A stretch of DNA of 11,105 nt, taken from Azolla caroliniana (lineage: Eukaryota; Plantae; Polypodiophyta). Below are positions 1 to 8,811 of this stretch, one piece after another (the first letter of the stretch is position 1; every line of letters starts with the position of its first letter). The notes under the pieces were generated by a model. That model worked only from the letters and a program-made list of their open reading frames with translations. It made no database searches and was not told where the DNA came from. The stretch spans positions 1 to 11,105 of the forward strand of contig JBHGNT010001190.1 of the NCBI GenBank assembly GCA_043228905.1, in the 5' to 3' direction. The position numbers and the translations under genes were made by a program.

Positions 1-290
1 AGGCCGTTGGAACGATATTCTGCGAAGGAATATATTTTGGGAGTTAGTGTAGAACTCATTTATGAGAATTAAAGTACGTCTCTGTACTTCTGTCAGTCTG
101 TATGGTCTTGTATAAAAGTGCTCACTGAGCACATTCTATGTATAGATTGAGTATTATTTTTGAATTGAGGTTGTGTGTACTCTCTCTTTGTGTCTCTCTC
201 CCGTGTATTGTGTATATTCAAGCTCTCTATTAAACTTGTGTTTCTATGTTCGGTTTTCTATTGCTTCTGCATGCTATTCTTTTTACTACT
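1..290 (+). mobile_element. Probable 3' part (U3 end/R/U5) of an LTR abutting, and probably inserted into, the protease region of cassette 1
   Basis: TATAAAA at 111-117, then CT/GT-rich R/U5-like sequence and ATTAAA at 229-234. It ends ...TTTTACTACT, one mismatch from a ...CA terminus. Protease-coding sequence (VGDFRCVVSFNII) starts abruptly right after. The left end and TSD lie outside the window. Confidence 0.55.
111..132 (+). promoter_or_regulatory. TATA box followed by a 7-bp inverted repeat
   Basis: TATAAAA at 111-117; GTGCTCA-C-TGAGCAC at 118-132. Confidence 0.45.
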
Positions 291-1732
291 CGTAGGTGAT
301 TTTCGATGTGTAGTCTCCTTTAACATAATCCATAGCCCCGAGCATCCAATTGTCCTTGGTTTGCCATGATTTGAGGTACATAACCCAAGAATCGATTGGA
401 GGCGGCGAGAAATTTGATGCCCTTCTGCAAAAAAAATCATTAATAAGGATCAAACCCAGGACTATTCCCTTAAAGAATATAGTTCTACGAGTGCACCATC
501 TCCTTTTCACCAAATCTCAACCATCACATTGCAACAATTTTCCCAAGTGGGAGGAAAGGAGGAACTTTTCTTATTTGCAATATTAGTGACACTTTCTAGT
601 GCCACTCACGGCAATTAAGACATCCAAATTCCCGAAAAATATCAAGAATATGCTAATGTTTTAAACAAAGTCAAAGCTAGTGTACTTCCAAAGCATCGAC
701 CGTACAATTGTCCCATCGACCTCCAACCAAGAAAAAAGCCACCCTGGGTTCGATCTACAATCTAACACCAATTGAGCTTGAGGTTCTTCGAGAATACATT
801 GAGGAGAATCCCTCATATGGGTTTATTCGACATTCAAAGTCTCCAGCAGGTGCTCCTATATTTTTTGTGAAGAAAAAGGACGGTTCACTTTGTTTGGTCG
901 TGGACTATCGAGGATTAAATTAAGTCACCGTAAGAAATAGTTATGCTCTTCCTTTAATCTCCAGTCTTTTAGAGCACATTGGTGGGGCAAAGCATTTTAC
1001 AAAAATTGATTTAAGGGGTGCATATAATCTTGTTCGCATTCGACCGGGAGATGAGTGGAAAACGACATTTCGCAGTCGGTATGGTCATTTCGAGTATACA
1101 GTCATGGCTTTTGGGCTCACGAATGCACCCGCAATTTTCCTACTTATGGCAAATGACATTTAGATGATCTATTGATTTACTCTAAAATATAGGAGGAGCA
1201 TGATATACATGTTCGGGAAGTACTTGAACGCTTAAGAAACTATGGTTTGTATGCCAAACTATAGAAGTGCAGTTTTGACAGCAAACAAGTCGAATTCTTG
1301 GGTTATACTATTTCATCTAAGGGTATCTTCATGGATCCAACAAAAGTCAAAACAATATTGGAATGGCAACCCCCATGTTCTGTTCGAGACATCCAATGTT
1401 TTCTCGGATTTACTAACTTCTATCGCTAATTCACGCTAATTCATATGGAATTATTCAAAGATTGTGTTGCCTCTCACCCAACTCACCAAGAAGAATCAAG
1501 CATTTGTTTGGACTATTGAAGCGGACACATCCTTTACTCAAGTCAAAGAGGCATTCACATGAGCTCCTATATTAGCACATATTGATCCCGAAAATCCATT
1601 TACCATTGAAGCGGATGCGGAAGCCGAAAATAGGAGACAAGCTCGGTGGGCACAATTTTTAACTCTTTTGATTTCAAGATCATTTTCTGCCCCGGGAAGC
1701 AAGAAGGAAAGGCAGATGCTCTATCTCGCCGT
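291..1732 (+). pseudogene. pol: pol pseudogene, 5' part: protease C-terminus, reverse transcriptase, start of RNase H
   Basis: Motifs [86 protein letters not shown] and GKADALSR. Relative to cassette 2, 37 nt are deleted at 1160/1161 (removing the Y of YLDD) and most of RNase H is missing at ~1620. Confidence 0.93.
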
Positions 1733-1823
1733 TGTCGTGCCTTTCGGTGCCGGATTGTTGCGTGAACCACTGGGGTTTTGGACTAGGAGGAGGAAGAATT
1801 TGAGACAAGTTTATAGTTATGTA

Positions 1824-1975
1824 TAGATTATTTGAAAAAGATAAAAGAACTTGTGAATCCCACAAGTATATATAATTAGATTTATTAATATTTAGAATCC
1901 TAATAACAATTTAGCATAAATTGGAAGAGTAGATTATATAAAAATTTGTGAATCCCACGAATATATTTTATTAAT
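1824..1975. repeat. Diverged ~95-bp-period duplication, each copy with a stem-loop
   Basis: TAGATTAT...TTGTGAATCCCAC...TTTATTAAT occurs twice. Hairpins are ACTTGTG-AATCC-CACAAGT (1849-1867) and ATTTGTG-AATCC-CACGAAT (1944-1962). Confidence 0.7.
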
Positions 1976-2069
1976 TGGTGTTTTAGGAAATATATCCAAT
2001 TTCCCAAGTATTTCACACACCTTACATTTTGCTCCCCATCCTTATGTAGTGATGAGGGAGTCTTAGTAA

Positions 2070-2134
2070 TCCATGCTTTTCCTCTAGCTATAGACTCCAT
2101 GCTTTTCCTATAGATAGACTATATGCTTTATCTA
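2070..2134. repeat. Tandem repeat, 24-26-bp unit, ~2.6 copies
   Basis: TCCATGCTTTTCCTCTAGCTATAGAC / TCCATGCTTTTCCTATAGATAGAC / TATATGCTTTATCTA. Confidence 0.85.
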
Positions 2135-2304
2135 AAGTGATCATGGTTTTTTTACTTGTGCGTTTTTTTTTATCGACTATAACGTTCATGCACGTTAGAT
2201 GTGCATGTGTAGATTTTTCTTTTAGCATGCATTTTTCTTTTAACTAAAGTTTATCCTAGGTGAACTTACTTTTCTATGTGGGACATCTACTTTTTAACAC
2301 AAAT

Positions 2305-2376
2305 GAAATGCTAGTGTAATGGTAAGGTTTCACATTATTAACATGGAGGTGCAAGGTTTGAATCTTGCCCTATGCA
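2305..2376 (+). other. Degenerate tRNA-derived module (A box + B box) within the solo-LTR-like insert
   Basis: A box TAGTGTAATGG at 2312-2322 and B-box-like GGTTTGAATC at 2355-2364, at canonical tRNA spacing. Stem GCAAG/CTTGC; residual anticodon arm TCACA-TTATTAA-CATGG; T4 run at 2388-2391. There is no acceptor stem, so it is not a functional tRNA. Confidence 0.65.
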
Positions 2377-2476
2377 TGTATTATTTATTTTGACATTTTC
2401 TTCTATTTCTTCATATTTACTAAAACGTTACTTTATAAGTTTTTCATGTAGTGTACAAAATACACTATGACAACGT

Positions 2477-4068
2477 TCATATCTCACATCTCGACCTGGA
2501 GATCCCTCCTTCGACAACCAAAAGCAAATTCTCCTAGGACCATCAAAGCTACAAGCAACAACAATTTATGCCACACCGCTTGATTCATGCCTTGTTGATA
2601 CTATTCGGCAACAACTTCACTCTGATGATTTCGCTAAGGATGTCTCGGCCCAAATTAGTCCAAGCCATGCATCTTGCTCCACATTGCAAGTTTCATCTCA
2701 ACATTATCAGGAATTCAAGTGGCAAGATGGCTTACTCTTTTACAAGAATCTCCTTTACGTCCCTGATGGATCACCCCGCCTTCAAGTATTAGAGCATTGT
2801 CATGATGCCCCTATGGCTGGACATTTTGGTATTGCCAAGACCATGGAGTTGGTGAAATGCTCGTTTTGGTGGCCTCATTTGCAAAAGTTTGTCGAAGATT
2901 ATGTTCTTACATGTGACACCTGTTGTCGAGCCAAAATACCCAAGAATCATCCTTATGGATTGTTACAACCATTACCGCCTCCAACCAAGCCATGAGAATC
3001 TATTTCTATGGATTTCATTACGGATCTACCACCTTCAAACGGATTTGATACTATTTTAAAAGTAGTGGATCAATTTACCAAGATGACACATTTTTTACCA
3101 TGTGTAAAGAGCATCAGTAGTCAAGAAACCGCAGATATCATTATGCGTGAAGTGTTTCACCATCATGGTCTTCCAGACGATATAATTACCGATCGTGGTC
3201 CTCAATTTATCTTTCACTTTTGGAAGCACATATGGGCAAGCCTCAAAATCTCCTACAAACTCTCTTTGGATTATCATCCACCAACCGAGGGACAAACAGA
3301 GCGCACAAATCAAACGCTCGAACAGTATCTTCGATGCTTCATCAGTTATCAACAAGATGATTGGAGTAATATTTTACATCTTGCTGAGTTTGCATACAAC
3401 AATGCAGTACATTCTTCTACCAAGGTTACACCTTTCTTTGCCTACACTGGCAGCCATTCTCGATGGTGCATCTTGGATCTTCCCAAGGTTGCACGAAATC
3501 CTAGTGTTGAGCATCATCTTCATTGGCTACATCGAATCCAGTTAGCATTATCTTCACATCTTTAGACAACTCAAGCACAACATAAGACCAACGCAGATCG
3601 GCATTGTCTTAAGTCTCCTTTTAAGGTTGGTGACCAAGTATGGTTGCTTCGTCATCACATCAAGACTACCCGACCATGTGGGAAGCTCTATTATCAGTGC
3701 TTAGGTCCTTTTCTCATCATTGCGCGTATTAACGATGCCACCTTTTGTCTTAATCTTCCAGCACACATGCGGTTTCACCCAGTCTTTCATAGCTCTCTTT
3801 TGGAACCTTGCCACATGTCTTCCATTCCTAATCGTGTTGTGCCACCTCCGCCCTCTATCCAACTTGTTGACGGCCTATTTTCTAAGATTGTGCAGAATAA
3901 GCTCTATTATCTGGTTGATTGGGTAGGCGATCCTCCGAGTGATCACACTTGGGAACCCATCAATAATGTTTCTAATGCTCAAGCTCTTGTCGAAGACTTC
4001 CATCACCGTTATCCAAACAAACCAGGCCCTACATTGTGAACAACGACTTCCACTCGTCACCAGTATTA
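2477..4068 (+). pseudogene. pol: pol pseudogene, 3' part: integrase (HHCC, DDE, GPF) and chromodomain
   Basis: Motifs HDAPMAGHFG...CDTC, MDFITDLP, TDRGPQF, YHPPTEGQTERTNQTLEQYLR, LGPF, FHPVFHSSLLEP and LYYLVDWVGDPPSDHTWEP. Stops occur at 2993, 3563 and 4037. Confidence 0.95.
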
Positions 4069-4247
4069 AGTTTTCATCGCCTATCTTGTATCCATTTTCA
4101 TTCTATTTTATTAATACATTCATTCTTCTCGTATCACTTCATTCCTCTCTTCTTGTGATCCCTTTCAATCTTTCTTCCACCATTGTATCTTTTCTCTTGG
4201 TTTTGACAACAAGTTCTCTTCTTTCTTCTCCTCTCTCCTCGTAAGTT
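4069..4247 (+). other. Pyrimidine-rich leader upstream of gag in cassette 2
   Basis: A CT-rich non-coding stretch ending GTAAGTT-ATG. No PPT, TG..CA LTR or TGG-type PBS is recognisable. Confidence 0.6.
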
Positions 4248-5070
4248 ATGGAGGCCGTGAGCAAACAAGAATACATGCGTGTTCTTTCTGAGCTCGACAT
4301 GCTCACGAATAAATTTGTGGCATTAGAGCATGAAAATCAAAGACGATTGGGCGACAAGTGAGTACCGAACAAGCTCAATAATATGAAAAGTTATCAAAGT
4401 GGGTTCATCAACTCGAGGCTACTATATTATCATTATGAGAACAAGCGTCGGGGGATCAAAACTCCCCTCGAGAACCAAAGATTAGCCTCCCTGCCAAGTT
4501 TGATGGTACGAGGTCTTTATTTCAAGGCTTCTTGAATCAAGTCCATTTGGTTATTCGGTTACATTCCAATCAGTACCCAACCGATGTTGCTCGTGTGGGA
4601 TTAGTGGGAGCCTTGCTATGTGGTACAACATTAGTATGGTTTGCACCACTTCTCGAGAAGAAATCACCATTGCTGGAGAATTTTGAAGCATTTGTTAAAG
4701 AGTTTCAAGCTAGTTTCGGAGACACCGACAACACTAGGACGACGATAAACAAGATTTGAAGGCTCCGACAAGGAGATCATTCCACGTCGGTTTACGCAAC
4801 TAATTTCCGTGTTTTGGCATGTGATATCCCTTGGGATGAGGCGGCCTTAATGGATCAATTCCGTCAAGGTTTGCGTAATGATGTCAAAGATATTCTTCTT
4901 ACTTTCAATGAAGATCCAAAGTCTCTAACAGAGGCCATTAGTCGAGCCGTGCGATGTGATAATCACCTATTTGAGTGAAGTTTTGAGTGCCAACAAATGT
5001 TACGTCGCCAACTGGAACAGACGTATGCATATGTAGTCGCAACGCCTCCACAAGTTTCCAAACCCATTAC
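4248..5070 (+). pseudogene. gag: gag pseudogene (Ty3 capsid-like, PEG10/RTL1-type); C-terminal nucleocapsid region apparently absent
   Basis: ATG at 4248 (MEAVSKQEYMRVLSELD), EPKISLPAKFDGTRSLFQGFLNQV, WFAPLLEKKSPLLENF and the major-homology-like LRQGDHSTSVYATNF...FRQGLRNDVKD. Stops and a frameshift are present, and no CCHC knuckle is seen before the protease. Confidence 0.85.
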
Positions 5071-8000
5071 AAGGGATTTCTAGTCGTGGTTCCATTTCAT
5101 CTAGTCAAGTGAGTAGAGTTTTTCCTGCACAAGTTGAGCTTACCACATCTACATGTCATCGAGTCCTAGCCTCTACCCTCCTAGATTCTGGAGCCAACTC
5201 TTGTTTAATGGATCTTGAATTTGCATTGCCACAAAACATCCTTTTGAATAAACTCCCGAACCTAGTAGCCGTAGGAGTCATTGATGGTCGTCCCATGGCA
5301 TCATGTGATATAGTCGAGGAGTCTGAGCCAATCCGTATAGTTCTTGGCGATTTGGCAAGCATAATCTCTTTCAACATTATTTCCAGTCCAGAACACCCAA
5401 TAGTTTTAGGTCTCCCTTGGTTTGAACTCCATAACCCGAAGATTGATTGGATGAAAAGGACAATTGAGGAGACCCAGGAAGAAAGAACAAAGCTCACATC
5501 CCTCAATTTTCCGACATTTGATACTAGATTCCATAAGTTATTGACCATCTCTTTACGCCAATTACGTGAGGAAGGGGGGACCGAGGATATGTTTGTATTT
5601 GCAATAGTAGCAACTCCATCATCCACCTTACATGAAGGGGACATTAAACTACCAGAGAAATACAAAGAGTTCTCCGACGTCTTTGATAAGGTGAAGGCCA
5701 ATACATTGCCAGAGCATCAGCCATACGACTACCCTATTGATTTACAACCAGCGAAATAACCTCCATGGGGCCCAATTTATAATCTCTCCCTTGTAGAGCT
5801 AGAGACTTTGCGGGAATATATCGACGAGAATCTCGCAAATGGATTCATTCAACATTCTGGATCCCTTGCTGGTGCACCTATCTTCTTCGTTAAGAAAAAG
5901 AATGGGTCTCTTCGGTCGGTCGTAGATTATCGAGGGTTAAACAAAGTGACCATCCGGAATAAATATGCTCTACCATTAATCATGAATCTTTTGGAACATC
6001 TTAGTGGAGCCAAATATTTCACTAAATTGGACCTTCGTGGTGCATATAATCTAGTTCGGATTCGTTCGGGAGAAGAATGGAAGACTGCTTTTTGCACTCG
6101 CTATGGACATTTCGAGTATACTATGATGCCATTCGGTCTTACGAATGCACCTGCAGTTTTCCAGCATATGGCGAATGATATTTTTCGAGATTTTCTCAAA
6201 ATCTTCGCTATACTTTACCTAGATGACATTTTGATCTACTCGAAGACCCAAGAGAACCATGATGAACATGTTCGTTGGTTACTACGTCGACTACGAGAAT
6301 ATGGTCTCTACGCAAAATTAGAAAAGTGTAGTTTTGGCCAGAATCAAGTGGAATTTTTGGGGTACGTTGTATCATCAGATGGTATTTCTATGGACCCGAT
6401 GAAGGTTCAAGCAATTTTAGAGTGGCAGACGCCCGTTTCAATGTGCGATGTGCAATGTTTTCTCGGGTTTGCGAACTTTTATCAGAAATTTATTAAAAAT
6501 TATTCTAAGGTTGTGCTTCCGCTCACTCAACTCACACACAAAAATGAACCATTCATATGGAGTTTAGATGCAGCTGAGGCATTTGAAAGTTTAAAACAGG
6601 CGTTTACAATGACACCTATTTTAGCACATGTCGACCCAGCAAAATGCTTCATCCTTGAAACTGATGCATCTGATTTTGCATTAGGAAGTGTCCTAGTGCA
6701 GACTGGAGATGGTGGAGAGCTACACCCCATTGCCTTTCATTCTCGAAAGTTTGAAGCTATAGAGATCAACTACGAGATCCATGACAAAGAACTTCTTGCA
6801 ATCGTGGATTCTTTTCAACAATGGCGACATTTTCTAGAAGGCTATTCTCAGCAGATCATTGTCTACAATGATCATAAGAACCTGACATAATTTCAAAATG
6901 CTTGAGTGTTGAGTCGGCGACAAGCCCGGTGGGCACAATTTTTGACCCACTTCGACTTTGTAATCATATATCGCCCTGGGATGCAGCAAGGCAAAGCAGA
7001 TGCGCTTTCTCAATGCTCTTATATGGAACTTTATCCAGGGGAACCTGCATTTAAGCATAAAAAAAAAATCCTTTTGGGTCCTAATCGCCTACGATTAATG
7101 GTAGTTAATGCCATAAAAACACTTGAAGATTCCACTCGTCTTGATTCCATTCGAGATCATATGGCCACTGATAAATTCGCCAAGGATGTTTTGGATCATA
7201 TTGTCCCAGATCGTGCATCTTCCTCGCAATCAAAAAACCCTCATAATGATTATCATTAGTTCTATTGGCATGGTGGTTTTCTATTTGGACAAAACCTATT
7301 GTATGTTCCTGATGGTCCCCCGCAACTACAAGTTTTACAACATTTCCATGACTCACCAATAGCTGGACATTTTGGAGTACGCAAAACTCTAGAATTAATT
7401 TCTCCACAATATTGGTGACCTCGCCTTCGCCATTTTGTTGAGGACTATGTTCGCAGCTATGATACATTTTCTCGATCAAAGAGTCCTCGACACCGATCCT
7501 ATGGCTTACTACAACCACTTCCCATTCCAAAAAATCCTTGGAAGTCTATATCCTTGGATTTCATTACCGATCTCCCAGTTTCAAAAGGTTATGATGCAAT
7601 TCTCACAGTGGTTGATCGACTTACCAAAATGGCACATTTCTTGCCATGTACGAAGTTTATTACTAATCAAGAGGCGGTCGATCTAGTTATGTGGGAGGTA
7701 TTTAAACACCATGGTCTTCTAGATGATATTATTAGTGATCGGGCTCCACAATTTATCTCAAAGTTTTGGAAGCACACACTCAAAATTCTCCAAATTTCGG
7801 CTAAGCTGTCTTCGGGCTATCATCCTGAGACTAATGACCAAACGGAGTGTACCAACCAAACATTGGAGCAATATCTTCGTTGTTTCATCAACTACCAACA
7901 AGATGATTGGGTTGATTTTCTGCACTTGGCTGAATTCTCTTACAACAACTCGGTCCATTCATCTACGGGATATTCCCCATTTTTTGCAAATACGGGATGT

Positions 8001-8425
8001 CATCCTTGGTGGACAATGAATGCGCATCTGGAAACGCCTACCAACCCTGCTACTGAGGATCTTCTTAGTTGCCTCCAAGAAATTCATGCTACCATTCTTC
8101 ACAATTTCATGATGCTCCAGTTACATAAAAGAGGTTTGTGGATCGTCATCGCCTAGATTCCTCAAAAAAAATTTGTGTTGGGGATTGTGTATGGCTTCTC
8201 CAACACAACATCAAGACATGTCGGCCTTGCGGTACATTGGATTACCAACGTTTTGGCCCATACATGATCACTGGTAAGATAAGTGATGTTGCATTTCGTC
8301 TTGGCATCCCTCACATGTGTCTTCATTTGTTGTTTCATGTATCCCTTTCAGAACCTTACACCACAAGTTCAATTCCGGGTCGTCATATAACTCCCCCACC
8401 ACCTATTGAGTTCTTGGAAGGACCC

Positions 8426-8575
8426 GAATTTGAGGTTACTGCCATTCTTGATTCTAAAATCGTGCGCAACAAGTTGTATTACTTAGTTGATTGGGTAGGC
8501 TATACCCCCAATGATCGAACTTGGGAATCTGCAACAAATCTTTCCAATGCCTCGAACATGGTCACCACATTTCAT
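8426..8575 (+). other. Integrase C-terminal chromodomain with aromatic cage residues retained (group I type)
   Basis: EFEVTAILDSKIVRNKLYYLVDWVGYTPNDRTWESATNL has F, W and Y at the cage-equivalent positions. Confidence 0.85.
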
Positions 8576-8627
8576 CCTCATAAACCAGGTCCTACTACAA
8601 GCCCTACGACCCGTGAGATGTGTCGTC

Positions 8628-8642
8628 GAAGAAAGGGGATAG
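8628..8642 (+). promoter_or_regulatory. Polypurine tract (plus-strand primer)
   Basis: GAAGAAAGGGGATAG lies immediately before TGTCATG, at the end of pol. Confidence 0.85.
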
Positions 8643-8661
8643 TGTCATGACAACACTCACA

Positions 8662-8736
8662 TGATGCCTCGAAAGGATTTGAACCCACAACCTTGTTATA
8701 CACATGTCAAATCCTTAACCATTGTAGTAACATGTT
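8662..8736 (-). other. Degenerate tRNA-derived module (A box + B box), antisense in LTR U3
   Basis: The minus strand reads TACTACAATGGTTAAGG...AAGGTTGTGGGTTCAAATCC...GGCATCA. The A box (8719-8729) has one mismatch and the B box GGTTCAAATCC (8675-8685) is perfect, at canonical spacing. GTG sits at the anticodon-equivalent position (8701-8703). Stems are poorly paired. Confidence 0.7.
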
Positions 8737-8775
8737 TATGTGTATGATTTTTAGAATATATAATCTAATATCATA

Positions 8776-8811
8776 AGAATATTCTATATTACTTTATATT
8801 CGAGAATGTCC
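8776..8811. promoter_or_regulatory. Heat-shock-element-like motifs in LTR U3
   Basis: aGAAtaTTCt at 8776-8785 and TTCgaGAAtgTCC at 8799-8811 fit alternating nGAAn units. Confidence 0.4.

Larger units (their letters stand above)
1733..2472 (-). mobile_element. 740-bp solo-LTR-like insertion, probably in reverse orientation
   Basis: Termini TGTCGTG...CTATGACA form an imperfect inverted repeat (TG..CA). Flanks are CCGT (1729-1732) and ACGT (2473-2476). Removing the insert plus one flank copy restores GCT CTA TCT CGC CGT TCA TAT CTC (ALSRRSYL), matching ALSQCSYM in cassette 2. The insert is non-coding and AT-rich. The minus strand starts TGTCAT like the LTR at 8643 and has AATAAA (1881-1886, 1967-1972) in its distal part. 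Confidence 0.8.
291..4068 (+). mobile_element. Degenerate Ty3/Gypsy chromovirus internal region, cassette 1 (5'-truncated, interrupted)
   Basis: Domain order is PR-RT-(RH)-IN-chromodomain. It is colinear with cassette 2 but clearly diverged, with many stops, frameshifts and deletions. Confidence 0.93.
5109..8650 (+). pseudogene. pol: pol pseudogene: aspartic protease, RT, RNase H, integrase, chromodomain
   Basis: LLDSGA (D at 5184); YLDD at 6216-6227; ETDASDFALG...HDKELLAIV...NDHKNL; DFITDLP / SDRAPQF / QTECTNQ; GPY; chromodomain. In-frame stops include 5757, 6888, 7257 and 7416, with a frameshift near 8110. The integrase CxxC now reads YDTF. Confidence 0.96.

Noticed and set aside
1-290. 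Cognate 5' LTR of cassette 1 or partner of the 8643 LTR
   Set aside because: It abuts mid-protease with no leader or gag and shows no visible similarity to 8643-8814 or 1733-2472. Only non-overlapping LTR parts may be visible, so a relationship cannot be fully excluded.
1680-2100. Minus-strand ORFs of 61 aa and 66 aa
   Set aside because: They are short, lack motifs, and lie in or across the non-coding LTR-like insert.
2305-2376. Functional tRNA genes here and at 8662-8736
   Set aside because: Acceptor, D and anticodon stems do not pair properly; both are reported only as tRNA-derived modules.
3939-4244. Hydrophobic 101-aa ORF as a possible env-like or membrane protein
   Set aside because: It is an alternative frame of the chromodomain plus the CT-rich leader; the L/S/F richness is compositional.
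5156-5701. 181-aa antisense ORF (and other minus-strand ORFs at 258-513, 3095-3355, 6527-7530, 7758-7958)
   Set aside because: These are shadows of pol codon structure with no recognisable motifs. Similarity between the antisense ORFs of the two cassettes follows from sense-strand homology.
4248-8650. Active element or domesticated PEG10/RTL1-like gene
   Set aside because: Multiple stops and frameshifts, lost integrase cysteines, and retained PPT/LTR indicate a dead transposon.
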